From the IMG/VR virus record IMGVR_UViG_3300033463_000005, positions 1-64,000 of that record: a stretch of DNA of 64,000 nucleotides. One strand, written 5' to 3'. How positions within the stretch are numbered: the first letter of the stretch is position 1; every line of letters begins with the position of its first letter. Source of the stretch: a virus (lineage: Duplodnaviria; Caudoviricetes). The notes under the pieces were generated by a model. The model was not told where the DNA came from. It did not search any database and saw only the letters and a list, made by a program, of their open reading frames with translations. Both the position numbers and the translations under genes were made by a program. Shown here piece after piece: positions 51,920 through 61,323 of this stretch.

Positions 51920-51998
51920 ATGATAGAGAGGGTGGAGGATGTTAGGAGGTTGACATATCACGGGCAAATATGATATGAATGGCAGCCCTCTCTATCAT
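51920..51998 (-). ncRNA. Candidate small RNA B (or structured leader of the 51888 gene)
   Basis: AACA-AAAGGA-TA puts +1 at 51998, the first base of a 13-bp perfect stem (AUGAUAGAGAGGG/CCCUCUCUAUCAU) followed by UUU; inner 7-bp hairpin; two CCUCC motifs. Confidence 0.7.
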
Positions 51999-52065
51999 AT
52001 CCTTTTGTTCAGATAAATTCAAATATCAAAAAAAAATATGGAGGGACATTGTCCCTCCATATCGT

Positions 52066-53571
52066 TCATTCCATTTTGGTTAAACCATACAAACCATTCA
52101 ATGCTTCTTTCTCTATCGGGAAAGCTGCACTCAAATCAGGACGAATATTATATGCTTTTGATACCATCAATTTTTCTGCTTGTTCATTTGCTTCATCCGA
52201 CCATATTCCAGTACTCTTAACCGTATCACCATCGTAGTCGCCATTCAAATTAATCAGTCTTGCATTTGACATCTGCAACACATCAATGAACGATGTTGAA
52301 GCAACAGCATGGGATGCTTGTGGATCTACTATTGGATATGTCTGATACGTTTCACCCATGAACTGAACTGGGATTGTATTATTCGTTGACAACACATGGA
52401 TCTTTGTAAAGAATGCACCAAGATAATCACCGATTGGATATCGAACGGTGTAAACATGCTTGTTTCCTTTGACACAAGCGTTGTAGCAACATAGATAAAT
52501 AACGTCAGTTAATGTCAATTCTCTTGTGATCGGTTCTTTCGTTTTCAAGTTCATGGCAGAGAAAGTGATGGGTCTCTTATTCTCTGGATCCGCATAAAGG
52601 ATTCTAAATCTACTACCAGGGTTTTGCATAAAGATTCGCATCAATTCTTCCATCGCTCTATCATCATAGATATTATCAATGTCCGAACGTTTGATATCAT
52701 CCGGACTTGGATCAAATGAAACGATATTATCATATGACAAAAATTGTTTCATTTGGAATTTTACAAATGGATGGAACATGGACACGAGTGACATCATTGG
52801 ATAACCCGTTCGATAGATACCGATCACTGGATTATTGGATCGATAGGATGGTGCAGAAATGACATTACGAACAGTTCCAACTGTATTCTTTGCCAATAGA
52901 TTCTTTTGTAAGAATCCATTCTTTGTGCCACAATATTTATGGACATACGAGTATACTTCGATTACAGCATTTTGAATCTGGTTGTATACCTTATATACAT
53001 TTGCCGTTGTATGTGCTGTGACACTCTGATATCCAAGTAGCTTAATATAAATAGAATTCAATTCGGATTTAACGGGTCTACCATTTCGCATACCAGTTGG
53101 ACGCATTGCGGGTGGAAGTACCAAAAGCTTATCAATGAATAATAAACGTTTTGGAGTCTTGATTAAAATCTCAATATTTTCTTCTCGACGAGATTTCATT
53201 GTTTTCGCAATATCAATCTGATCCCAGATCTCATATAGATCTTTTAAACCACAATACTTACCATTTTCATTTTCGTGTAAGACACCGTCTACAAGATCAC
53301 ATTTAATTTCTGCAAATGCCAACTTTCGAATGATTCCACCAGATCGACCGATGATAGTTTTTGCAATATGTGGATTAAATACGTGGATTGGTAATTTCAG
53401 ATATCCACATTTGTATTTTCTTTCATCTTCCGTTTGTCCGAATATTTCCTCTGAAAATAATCCGGTTGGATTCCATTGGTTTGTTGATCGATATATTGCT
53501 GCGGATGTGACTTCTTGTAAATTATTAACTTTGATATCTTGGTCGATATCATACAATCCCTGAATCTTCAC
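52066..53571 (-). CDS. rpoC: RNA polymerase beta-prime subunit, N-terminal/catalytic part (probably virion RNAP)
   Basis: GLFSEEIFG, GYLKL, LVLPPAMRP, RNVISAP, VRYP and the catalytic NGDYDGD; GTG start with AAGGAGG; late-type promoter. Confidence 0.9.
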   Translation of the reverse strand: MKIQGLYDIDQDIKVNNLQEVTSAAIYRSTNQWNPTGLFSEEIFGQTEDERKYKCGYLKLPIHVFNPHIAKTIIGRSGGIIRKLAFAEIKCDLVDGVLHENENGKYCGLKDLYEIWDQIDIAKTMKSRREENIEILIKTPKRLLFIDKLLVLPPAMRPTGMRNGRPVKSELNSIYIKLLGYQSVTAHTTANVYKVYNQIQNAVIEVYSYVHKYCGTKNGFLQKNLLAKNTVGTVRNVISAPSYRSNNPVIGIYRTGYPMMSLVSMFHPFVKFQMKQFLSYDNIVSFDPSPDDIKRSDIDNIYDDRAMEELMRIFMQNPGSRFRILYADPENKRPITFSAMNLKTKEPITRELTLTDVIYLCCYNACVKGNKHVYTVRYPIGDYLGAFFTKIHVLSTNNTIPVQFMGETYQTYPIVDPQASHAVASTSFIDVLQMSNARLINLNGDYDGDTVKSTGIWSDEANEQAEKLMVSKAYNIRPDLSAAFPIEKEALNGLYGLTKME

Positions 53572-53680
53572 GATAATACCTCCTTGACATGTAGGATGTT
53601 ATCGAGACGTTTTTATATTCATCCATTACAGAACAAAAAATAAAGAGCCGAAATGTTCCCGCATTCCAGCTCTTTATTTT

Positions 53681-53836
53681 TTATTTCGACCATGGTCTTG
53701 CAATGGATGATTTACTCTTTATTGCTTTATGGCAATAGCGAGATTCAATCATCTGTGCAGTTTCCATGATCGATTTCCGTGTGTTCGATGCTTTGGGGTT
53801 GCAGGGAGACACACGGATAATGGATGATTGGTGCAT
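53681..53836 (-). CDS. 51-aa basic ORF not in the track (MHQSSIIRVSPCNPKASNTRKSIMETAQMIESRYCHKAIKSKSSIARPWSK)
   Basis: Perfect AAAGGAGGTG RBS; followed by a terminator hairpin near 53634-53682; the mRNA is almost entirely paired. Confidence 0.5.
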   Translation of the reverse strand: MHQSSIIRVSPCNPKASNTRKSIMETAQMIESRYCHKAIKSKSSIARPWSK

Positions 53837-53878
53837 TCTGACACCTCCTTTCCAAACGTGGGATTAGATTGGGGCGCA

Positions 53879-54163
53879 TCAGCGCCCCAACCGTCCCATG
53901 TTCTTCTTCCACCGAGCGATGTACTCGCTCGGCGTTTCTTTATTTCTGATTGTCACCCAGAAGACAATCAGAATATTCGCACAGATCATCCAAGGATGAT
54001 CTTCCGCGATGGGGTTGTACCCCTCACGGATCAGATAATACAGGGATACAATCGTATTGATCCCTGTGAACCCGAAGAACATTAACCAGGATACAAACCA
54101 ACCAATGTTCTTCCAATTGAGGTGTCTTTTCACAGACGCCTTTCTTTCTAGCTTCTTAACCAT
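53879..54163 (-). CDS. Small two-helix membrane protein
   Basis: Start ATG 54163 after GAAAGGAG; two hydrophobic segments; early-type promoter at 54234. Confidence 0.75.
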   Translation of the reverse strand: MVKKLERKASVKRHLNWKNIGWFVSWLMFFGFTGINTIVSLYYLIREGYNPIAEDHPWMICANILIVFWVTIRNKETPSEYIARWKKNMGRLGR

Positions 54164-54257
54164 TTTGATCTCCTTTCTGTGACATGAGTTGAAATTTATT
54201 TGTTTAAAATATCTCATGTCAATATAATAATATATATATATGTAATATGAAAAAAGA

Positions 54258-54404
54258 AGAATGTGGGGCAAAAGCCCCACATTCAAATCAGGGTGATTCT
54301 TACCCGATGAGTTAAGGTAAGAATCGGCTAGGAGGCAAGCAATGGCCCAATGAGTTCGGAAAATCTTCAACGGCAAGTGAAGATTGGGTTCATCAGATGA
54401 ACTT
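54258..54404 (-). ncRNA. Candidate small RNA C
   Basis: GACA-AAATTG-TA puts +1 at 54404; stems 54362-69/54378-85 and 54295-304/54316-25; GCCAUUGCUUGCCUCCUA between them; ends at terminator 54258-83 with a U tract. Confidence 0.6.
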
Positions 54405-54524
54405 ACAATTTTGTCGGTTGAATATGTATATTATTAAAATGATTTCGGAGAGATTTAACATAATAAATAGAATCCGAAAACAAACAATTATACCGTTTAT
54501 CAATCATAAGGAGGATACAGACAC

Positions 54525-56846
54525 ATGCCGAAAATGAAAGATGACAAAATCACCATTATAACCAATGACATTGAACGTATTCGGAAACGCCCGAGTATGA
54601 TCATTGGTTTTCTGGGTGAGAGAGGTATTCTGCATTTATGCAAAGAAATCATTGACAACAACCGGGATGAATGTATGAAAACGGAATCTCCTGGTAATAC
54701 AATTGAAATTGAAATTTATAAAGACCATATTGTGTCAAGAGATAATGGTAGAGGTTTACCAACAAATCTACTGCGTACGATTCATGAAACATCGCAGGCG
54801 GGTTCTAATATGACACGTTCTCATGGTACAACTGCAGGTGAGAATGGCATTGGTACAACCGCATTCACAGCATTATCCGCAGTATTGATTGTAACGACAT
54901 ATCGGCCACAAGAGAAAAAGAAATTGACATTGGAATATCATGAGGGTATTCTAGTGAATGAAAAACTGGAAGACTATTCGGGAAGTCATCATGGTTTGGA
55001 GACATATTTCAAACCATCAAAGAAGATTCTCGGTGAATCAGATATCCCGATTGATCAATTGATTGAATGGATTCGGGATTTCGAATATACACTTCCGAAG
55101 AAGACAAACATGTCATACACATTGAATGGTGAGAAACATGAACTGAAACACATTCAATTGAGCGATTATTTCATGGAGAATATTCCGAATGATATGTTCA
55201 TGTCTGCACCCGTTACCATTGAATGCAATGGTGAATTACAAGAGATCATCAATGAGAAAACATATGATCGGCATTTTCATGTGGAAGCATCCGTGATGTA
55301 TGCATCGCCGGATTATCGTGGTGAAGACATCAGAAAATCATGGATGAATATGATTTATACATCACAGAATGGTTCTCATATGAATGGTGTCGTGAATGGT
55401 TTGACAAAGTATCTGTCTGATCGTGCAAAAGCCAAGAAGAAAACATTGGAAAGTGAAGATCTGAAACGCGATATTTTATCACATTTGAATGTCGTTGTTA
55501 AAGCCGAATGTGACTTTGCAAACATGTTCTCGTCTCAAGCGAAGTCCACTGTTTTCCCGAGACAGTTGACAACATCGATTGGTGATGCTGTGTACAAAGA
55601 ATTGTGTGATATGAATCAATCAAAACTGAATGAATTAGTTGAGATTGTGATTCAGAATAACCGTGTTCGAAAAGAAGGAGAACGGGTTCGCAATATTGCG
55701 ACGGAGACGAAAAAGAAACAATGGACAAAGCCGGATTCATATCTTCCGTGCGCTTCCATTAAGACGCCTGAACCAAAAGAACTATTCTTGGTTGAGGGTA
55801 ATTCTGCAGCAGGTGGAATCAATGCAGCACGAAATGCAAAGTATCAAGCAATCTTGATGTTCCGTGGTAAATCGCTGAATGCATGGGATTTGACACTGGA
55901 TCAGACACTGAAATCAAATGTTTGGTTTGATTTGGTGAAGGTTCTTGGGTGTGGAATTGGTCCAACATTTGATATCAAGAAATTAAACTTTGATAAAATC
56001 ATCATCTCAACAGATGCTGACGTTGATGGATATCATATTCGTGTCGGTATGTGTTCCTTCTTCCTTCGTTTCATGCCGGAATTATTGGAAGCGGGAAAGA
56101 TTTATATCGCAGAACCACCGTTATACAAACTCGTCAATGGCAAGCAGATTTTGTATGTTGCATCTCACAGTGAGTATATTCAGGAATGTATTCATTCTGT
56201 CGGTAATGCAACATTACAATTCCAAGACAAGAAAGTCAAAGCCGATGTTTTCATTGAACATGCTTTTGATTATTTGAATACACTGGTTGAAGTATCACTG
56301 GATCGTTCGGTGAATCGTTATCTGTTGGAACACATTGCACATGGTATGGCAATTGCAGGATCTGTTGATGCATTCATTGATGATATTGATGAATGGATTC
56401 GTTCTCTGACAAAGACTTATCCAGAACTTGGATTTGATCATAAATCGCATCAGATTATGGCAACGATCGATCTTGTAGATCAGGTGGTTGTTGTGGATGA
56501 AGCATTGTACAATGCGTTGATTTATGTGATTAACATTCAAAAAGAATATGGTATGATTGTAGCATTCGATTGCAGGACAACATCGATTGGACGTTTCTTT
56601 GAGGATATTCAAAAGAAATATCCCGTCATCAAAGAGCGTTATAAAGGTCTCGGCTCATCTGATGCAAAAGTATCAAAGGAAATTATCATGGATCCTCGCA
56701 CAAGAAGAATCTTCAGAATCGACGCATCTGATGTCAATATCATGAAGACATATGACATGTTGGTTGGTAAGACACCGGATGATATCAAAGCGCGAAAAGA
56801 AATGTTAATGAATTTCGAATGGAAACCGTCTGACATCGATACATGA
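54525..56846 (+). CDS. gyrB: DNA gyrase/type II topoisomerase subunit B
   Basis: IRKRPSM, EIIDN, DNGRG, LFLVEGNSAAG, FRGK, TDADVDG and RYKGLG. Confidence 0.95.
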   Translation: MPKMKDDKITIITNDIERIRKRPSMIIGFLGERGILHLCKEIIDNNRDECMKTESPGNTIEIEIYKDHIVSRDNGRGLPTNLLRTIHETSQAGSNMTRSHGTTAGENGIGTTAFTALSAVLIVTTYRPQEKKKLTLEYHEGILVNEKLEDYSGSHHGLETYFKPSKKILGESDIPIDQLIEWIRDFEYTLPKKTNMSYTLNGEKHELKHIQLSDYFMENIPNDMFMSAPVTIECNGELQEIINEKTYDRHFHVEASVMYASPDYRGEDIRKSWMNMIYTSQNGSHMNGVVNGLTKYLSDRAKAKKKTLESEDLKRDILSHLNVVVKAECDFANMFSSQAKSTVFPRQLTTSIGDAVYKELCDMNQSKLNELVEIVIQNNRVRKEGERVRNIATETKKKQWTKPDSYLPCASIKTPEPKELFLVEGNSAAGGINAARNAKYQAILMFRGKSLNAWDLTLDQTLKSNVWFDLVKVLGCGIGPTFDIKKLNFDKIIISTDADVDGYHIRVGMCSFFLRFMPELLEAGKIYIAEPPLYKLVNGKQILYVASHSEYIQECIHSVGNATLQFQDKKVKADVFIEHAFDYLNTLVEVSLDRSVNRYLLEHIAHGMAIAGSVDAFIDDIDEWIRSLTKTYPELGFDHKSHQIMATIDLVDQVVVVDEALYNALIYVINIQKEYGMIVAFDCRTTSIGRFFEDIQKKYPVIKERYKGLGSSDAKVSKEIIMDPRTRRIFRIDASDVNIMKTYDMLVGKTPDDIKARKEMLMNFEWKPSDIDT

Positions 56847-56859
56847 GGAGGTGCCCGTT

Positions 56860-58866
56860 ATGGCATTTGATTGGATGCATGACCCGAAATATGAATTGTT
56901 TGATGATTTATCACAGATTAACGAAATCACAACCCCCGAGCAGATACATGAACTGCTCGGGGATCCCATTGTGTTAGAGCGATATCAAAACAATTATGAT
57001 TACTTGTTCAACCGTGTTGTCGCAATCGGTGAACTGTGCTGGGGTAATCGAGATGAAAATGGCAATAAACTTCAGAAGACTATGATTCAAATCAAAAAGA
57101 GTATTGAAGATAATGTGACAACAGATGTCCGTGTATTACCATTGAATCGATTGATGATGTCATTAACGTTCCTTCGTCCAATTATGATGTATCTGGAATA
57201 CATCAATCTGGATGAATTTCTGTTGGATACCAATATGACAGAAAAACGCAGAAGGACTGTACAAGATCGAATCGTGCATGTTCTCCAACAATTCGGAACA
57301 CCGATTGTGGAGATTCAAGAAAAGATGTCACGGTTATCGCTGGATTGGAAAATGTTGATGATCACATTCTCCGAAGCAGATATGCAAATCTATACCGCAG
57401 AGAATCTGTTCCTTGATCATTATCGGGATTCTGAAATCATCCGCGAAATCAACAACACGGAATATCCACCTGATATGCAGACTGCAGATATTGTGGAAGA
57501 AAATGCAAAACGCTATGAAGTTTTGGAGAAGATTATGCTGGAACGTGGAAACCCGTTCTTTGTCGGAAATAAATATACAAAACTCGTGAAACCGAAACAA
57601 ATGGAAGAGTTGTATATTAACTTCTCACAGATTCCAGATGGTAGAAATATCATTCCGGTTATCATGAATGGAAATGGTTTCCGTGCAGGATATCATTCGC
57701 TGCCAGTGTTCTATACTGGTGCAATTGCAGCACGTGTTCCTGATATCATGAATAAGGACTATATGGGTCAAGCGGGATACTTCAACCGAAATCTGATGAT
57801 GCTTGCATATGGAACCGTATCACCAACCGTGTATGATTGTGGATCACAGAATCCGATTCCGATTACAATTGATGATGTGAATCTTCAAATGTTTGACGGA
57901 AGATACTATTATAATGATCCGCATGATGGTGTTCTTCATGTATTACATAAGAACCAAAAAGACATGATCGGAAAGAAACTGTGGTTCCGTTCTCCGTGTA
58001 CATGCAATCTGAATGAAGATTGCTGTCATATCTGCTATGGTCAACGCGCATTGAAGGTTGCTGATCTAAAAGGTGGATTCATTTATACAACTGAGCTGAT
58101 GACATCACGTGTCTCACAGAACATTCTTTCCGCAAAACATCTTCTGAAAAGTAATGCAGAAAAGATCGAATATTCTGAAAGCTTCGATAAATACTTCATC
58201 GTTGATATGTCAACCATTATCCCGAAAGATGATAAGCGGTTTGACATTTTCATCAGAGAAGATTACATGGATGATATTTCCGAAAAGTTCACATGTTATG
58301 TGACAAAGGATATGATTCCAGTTACAATCTCGAAGTATGCATCATTGTCAATTCCGGATAGTATTATGGATAAATGCAAAGACGTTGTCATTGATGATGT
58401 GACATATCATAAGATTACATCATACAAAATCATTGAATCCGGTGGACAATTTGCAGTTGTCATTCCGATCAATATCATGATGACAAAGAAATACATGGAC
58501 ATCATGCGGTTATTCGAATCTGATATTACGAAGTTTGATTCCATTGAAGCAATTGTGGATGCATTGTCTCATATGTGTTATGGTGTGATTCCAATTCTAT
58601 CAACACATGGCGAAATTTTGATTGGACATCATATTCGTTCTATGGAGAATCGGTTACTGCGACCCGATTGGTTGGTTCCGAATCAGAAATATCAAATCAT
58701 GCGTTTGAAAACAGTGTTGCAGAATATCGAATCGTTTGCAACGGCAATGTCGTTTGAACAAACAAAACACCATCTGTATCATTCTATCTTTGACGAAAGA
58801 AATGAGATCAATCGTGTTGGTGCACGTTCGTTCTCTGATTACATCTTCGGATCCGAGACTTTGTGA
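56860..58866 (+). CDS. rpoC: RNA polymerase beta-prime subunit, C-terminal part (probably non-virion RNAP)
   Basis: AGYFNRNL bridge helix, YDCG, FRSPCTC...CCHICYG Zn site and SQNILSAKH trigger loop. Confidence 0.88.
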   Translation: MAFDWMHDPKYELFDDLSQINEITTPEQIHELLGDPIVLERYQNNYDYLFNRVVAIGELCWGNRDENGNKLQKTMIQIKKSIEDNVTTDVRVLPLNRLMMSLTFLRPIMMYLEYINLDEFLLDTNMTEKRRRTVQDRIVHVLQQFGTPIVEIQEKMSRLSLDWKMLMITFSEADMQIYTAENLFLDHYRDSEIIREINNTEYPPDMQTADIVEENAKRYEVLEKIMLERGNPFFVGNKYTKLVKPKQMEELYINFSQIPDGRNIIPVIMNGNGFRAGYHSLPVFYTGAIAARVPDIMNKDYMGQAGYFNRNLMMLAYGTVSPTVYDCGSQNPIPITIDDVNLQMFDGRYYYNDPHDGVLHVLHKNQKDMIGKKLWFRSPCTCNLNEDCCHICYGQRALKVADLKGGFIYTTELMTSRVSQNILSAKHLLKSNAEKIEYSESFDKYFIVDMSTIIPKDDKRFDIFIREDYMDDISEKFTCYVTKDMIPVTISKYASLSIPDSIMDKCKDVVIDDVTYHKITSYKIIESGGQFAVVIPINIMMTKKYMDIMRLFESDITKFDSIEAIVDALSHMCYGVIPILSTHGEILIGHHIRSMENRLLRPDWLVPNQKYQIMRLKTVLQNIESFATAMSFEQTKHHLYHSIFDERNEINRVGARSFSDYIFGSETL

Positions 58867-58877
58867 GGTGATCATAT

Positions 58878-59924
58878 ATGAACAAAGTTTCGAGTGGAAT
58901 TATCAGTGGATTATTAAAACCGAAATACAAATTCATTTCAACAGTTTTGGGTGAATTGTATGATGCACCGAATGGTTTGGATATTTATATCGATTTCAAT
59001 ACATTTGTGCATGCTTTATCAAAATATCAAAAATATCTGAATTATCTCCCGTTTGCCGGAGAAGACGTTGAAGTCGATTTGATATCATCCATTCTCATGA
59101 CATTAAACCATTGGAAAAACTTTGCAAAGAAATGGGACAATGTCCGTATTATTGGAATCATGAATGCATTCAAAATGACGAAAGTTGCCGAATCCGTTCA
59201 ACTGAAATCATATCTGATTCCACATATGCACAAATTTGAGAATGAACGTTATACACAATTCACATATTACATGACAGAAGCAATCAAGAAAGTGCAAGCC
59301 ATTCTCAAGTATGTTCCGAATATGTATTTCATTACGTCTGATGAATTTGATTCATATGTCATTCCAAATGTATTAACGGATTATGAGAAAACAAAACGGA
59401 ATCGAATCGTGATATCCGGTGATTCATTGATGACCGGATATCACAACATTCCAAACACAAAAATGATATATGCAAAATTCCGTCGGAATGGCATATCGCA
59501 AATTTCTGATCCAATGATGATCGTGCAATCCATTACGAAAGTTGACGAAGATATCGTCGGTGAATTCACAAAGAACAAAGTATTCTATAATCTACTGAAT
59601 ATCATTGTCGGTGATTTTGATCGTGGTATCGTTGGTATGACACAATTGGGCATTACGACATTTGCATATAATCTATTACGCGGGATTGAACAGAACAAGA
59701 TTCAAGCAAATCCAAAGAGTGTGGAATCTACATTGAAAGTCATCGACACCGTATATCATGATTACATTCTGAAATCATATCCACTTGTGGATATTGAAAC
59801 ACATTCGAAAATGATTCCGCAATCATCCATTCAAAAGATGAAATCAGAAATGATTGATTTGATTGATATCGATGGTTTACGGAGTTTATCGATTGACGGT
59901 TTGAATCTGTTGGAACTGTTGTAA
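58878..59924 (+). CDS. PIN/5'-3' exonuclease-like protein, possibly degenerate
   Basis: IYIDFN, DEFDS, VISGD and IVGDFDRGIVG (H3TH-like). Confidence 0.55.
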   Translation: MNKVSSGIISGLLKPKYKFISTVLGELYDAPNGLDIYIDFNTFVHALSKYQKYLNYLPFAGEDVEVDLISSILMTLNHWKNFAKKWDNVRIIGIMNAFKMTKVAESVQLKSYLIPHMHKFENERYTQFTYYMTEAIKKVQAILKYVPNMYFITSDEFDSYVIPNVLTDYEKTKRNRIVISGDSLMTGYHNIPNTKMIYAKFRRNGISQISDPMMIVQSITKVDEDIVGEFTKNKVFYNLLNIIVGDFDRGIVGMTQLGITTFAYNLLRGIEQNKIQANPKSVESTLKVIDTVYHDYILKSYPLVDIETHSKMIPQSSIQKMKSEMIDLIDIDGLRSLSIDGLNLLELL

Positions 59925-60038
59925 TCGTATCGGGGGCATTTGCCCCCGATATAATTTTTTCGTATATATATAATTAATTTGTATACATAGCATATCGTTG
60001 TATGCAATTTGCCAACTTTTAATGAAAGGAAAATGAAA

Positions 60039-61250
60039 ATGAAAGAGAAGCTATTTTCAAAATTACCGTTTGGATTATTGAATCCAATCACAGAGCCCAT
60101 CATATCAACAATTCGAGATGCGACATCCAATCTCATGTGGTATGAGATTGATATGTCATACATCAGATGGTCCTTGAAAGCCGAGGTATTAAGCAAATAT
60201 TTCAAGCATTATCCGAAGGCACTCAATACGTACTCGGATAATGGAAAAGTCAAATTCCAAATGGAGAGATTGCAACTCCACAAACATCATATCGATGTGT
60301 GTATTTTCAAAGGTGTAACGATCTTCTTGGATTCCACCACAGAATCCAAAAAGAATGAACAATCCAACATATGGGATATGTCTCTCAAAGTCATCCACAC
60401 AAAGAGGAATGCCAAAGTTCTCGATGAGTTTATCAAGAGACTTGTAAATGAATCCAGAAAGATTGAAACCAAGAATGCACGAAATACATATCACATCGTG
60501 AAAGTTCGGAACATGGAAGAATACACCCGCACCAATCATCGTTCATTTGATGATGTGTTCATCCCGAATGAACAGGAATCATTGATTCGGGATGCTGTAA
60601 CGAAATTCTGTAAATCCCGAACATGGTACAAGAGTCATCATATCCCGTATCATTTCGGAATTATGTTACACGGATTTCCCGGTACCGGTAAGAGTTCCGT
60701 TGTCCAGGCGATTATCAACATGATTCCGTGCGATGTTTACTATGTGCCGATTGAATACCTGAAAGCCGCAATCGCAGATCCATACTGGATCAAATATGGT
60801 TCTGGTGACAGAATGCGAATTGTCATCATCGAAGATGTCGACACGGTTGCATTCTCTAGGAATCGTCATCCTGATGATGTTTCAATTACATCTCCGGATT
60901 ATTATGATTCTGATTTGGATTGTCACAGAAACGCAATTCAATCAATCGGAACATTGTTAAACTTCATTGATGGATTTGAATCACCGGAGAATGTCATTTA
61001 CGTCATGACAACGAACCATCTTAATGATTTGGACCCGGCATTGATTCGTCCCGGTCGAATTGATCTGTCATTGGAGATTGGTTATGTCACGGATGAAACA
61101 TTCGGATACTTCATGGAATACCATTTTCATGAGAAGGTTCCTGAAACTGTACATGTTTGCGATGGCATCACCTTTGCTGAGCTGCAGACGCTCATCATGC
61201 GTGGATATACATTCGAACAAATGTGTGATTTTGTGGGAGATGGGGCTTAA
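60039..61250 (+). CDS. BCS1-like AAA+ ATPase
   Basis: RSFDDVFI, WY...IPY.FGIMLHGFPGTGKSS, IIEDVD, LLNFIDG and MTTNH..LDPALIRPGRID. Confidence 0.9.
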   Translation: MKEKLFSKLPFGLLNPITEPIISTIRDATSNLMWYEIDMSYIRWSLKAEVLSKYFKHYPKALNTYSDNGKVKFQMERLQLHKHHIDVCIFKGVTIFLDSTTESKKNEQSNIWDMSLKVIHTKRNAKVLDEFIKRLVNESRKIETKNARNTYHIVKVRNMEEYTRTNHRSFDDVFIPNEQESLIRDAVTKFCKSRTWYKSHHIPYHFGIMLHGFPGTGKSSVVQAIINMIPCDVYYVPIEYLKAAIADPYWIKYGSGDRMRIVIIEDVDTVAFSRNRHPDDVSITSPDYYDSDLDCHRNAIQSIGTLLNFIDGFESPENVIYVMTTNHLNDLDPALIRPGRIDLSLEIGYVTDETFGYFMEYHFHEKVPETVHVCDGITFAELQTLIMRGYTFEQMCDFVGDGA

Positions 61251-61323
61251 TGCCCCATCTTCTTTTTTGTTTACAACAATCGAAAAACGGTTTCATAACT
61301 TTATATAGAAAGGAGTTGTCGAT

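Noticed and set aside
54340-54404. Hammerhead ribozyme (CUGAUGA on the minus strand)
   Set aside because: No correctly placed stem II and GAAA core.
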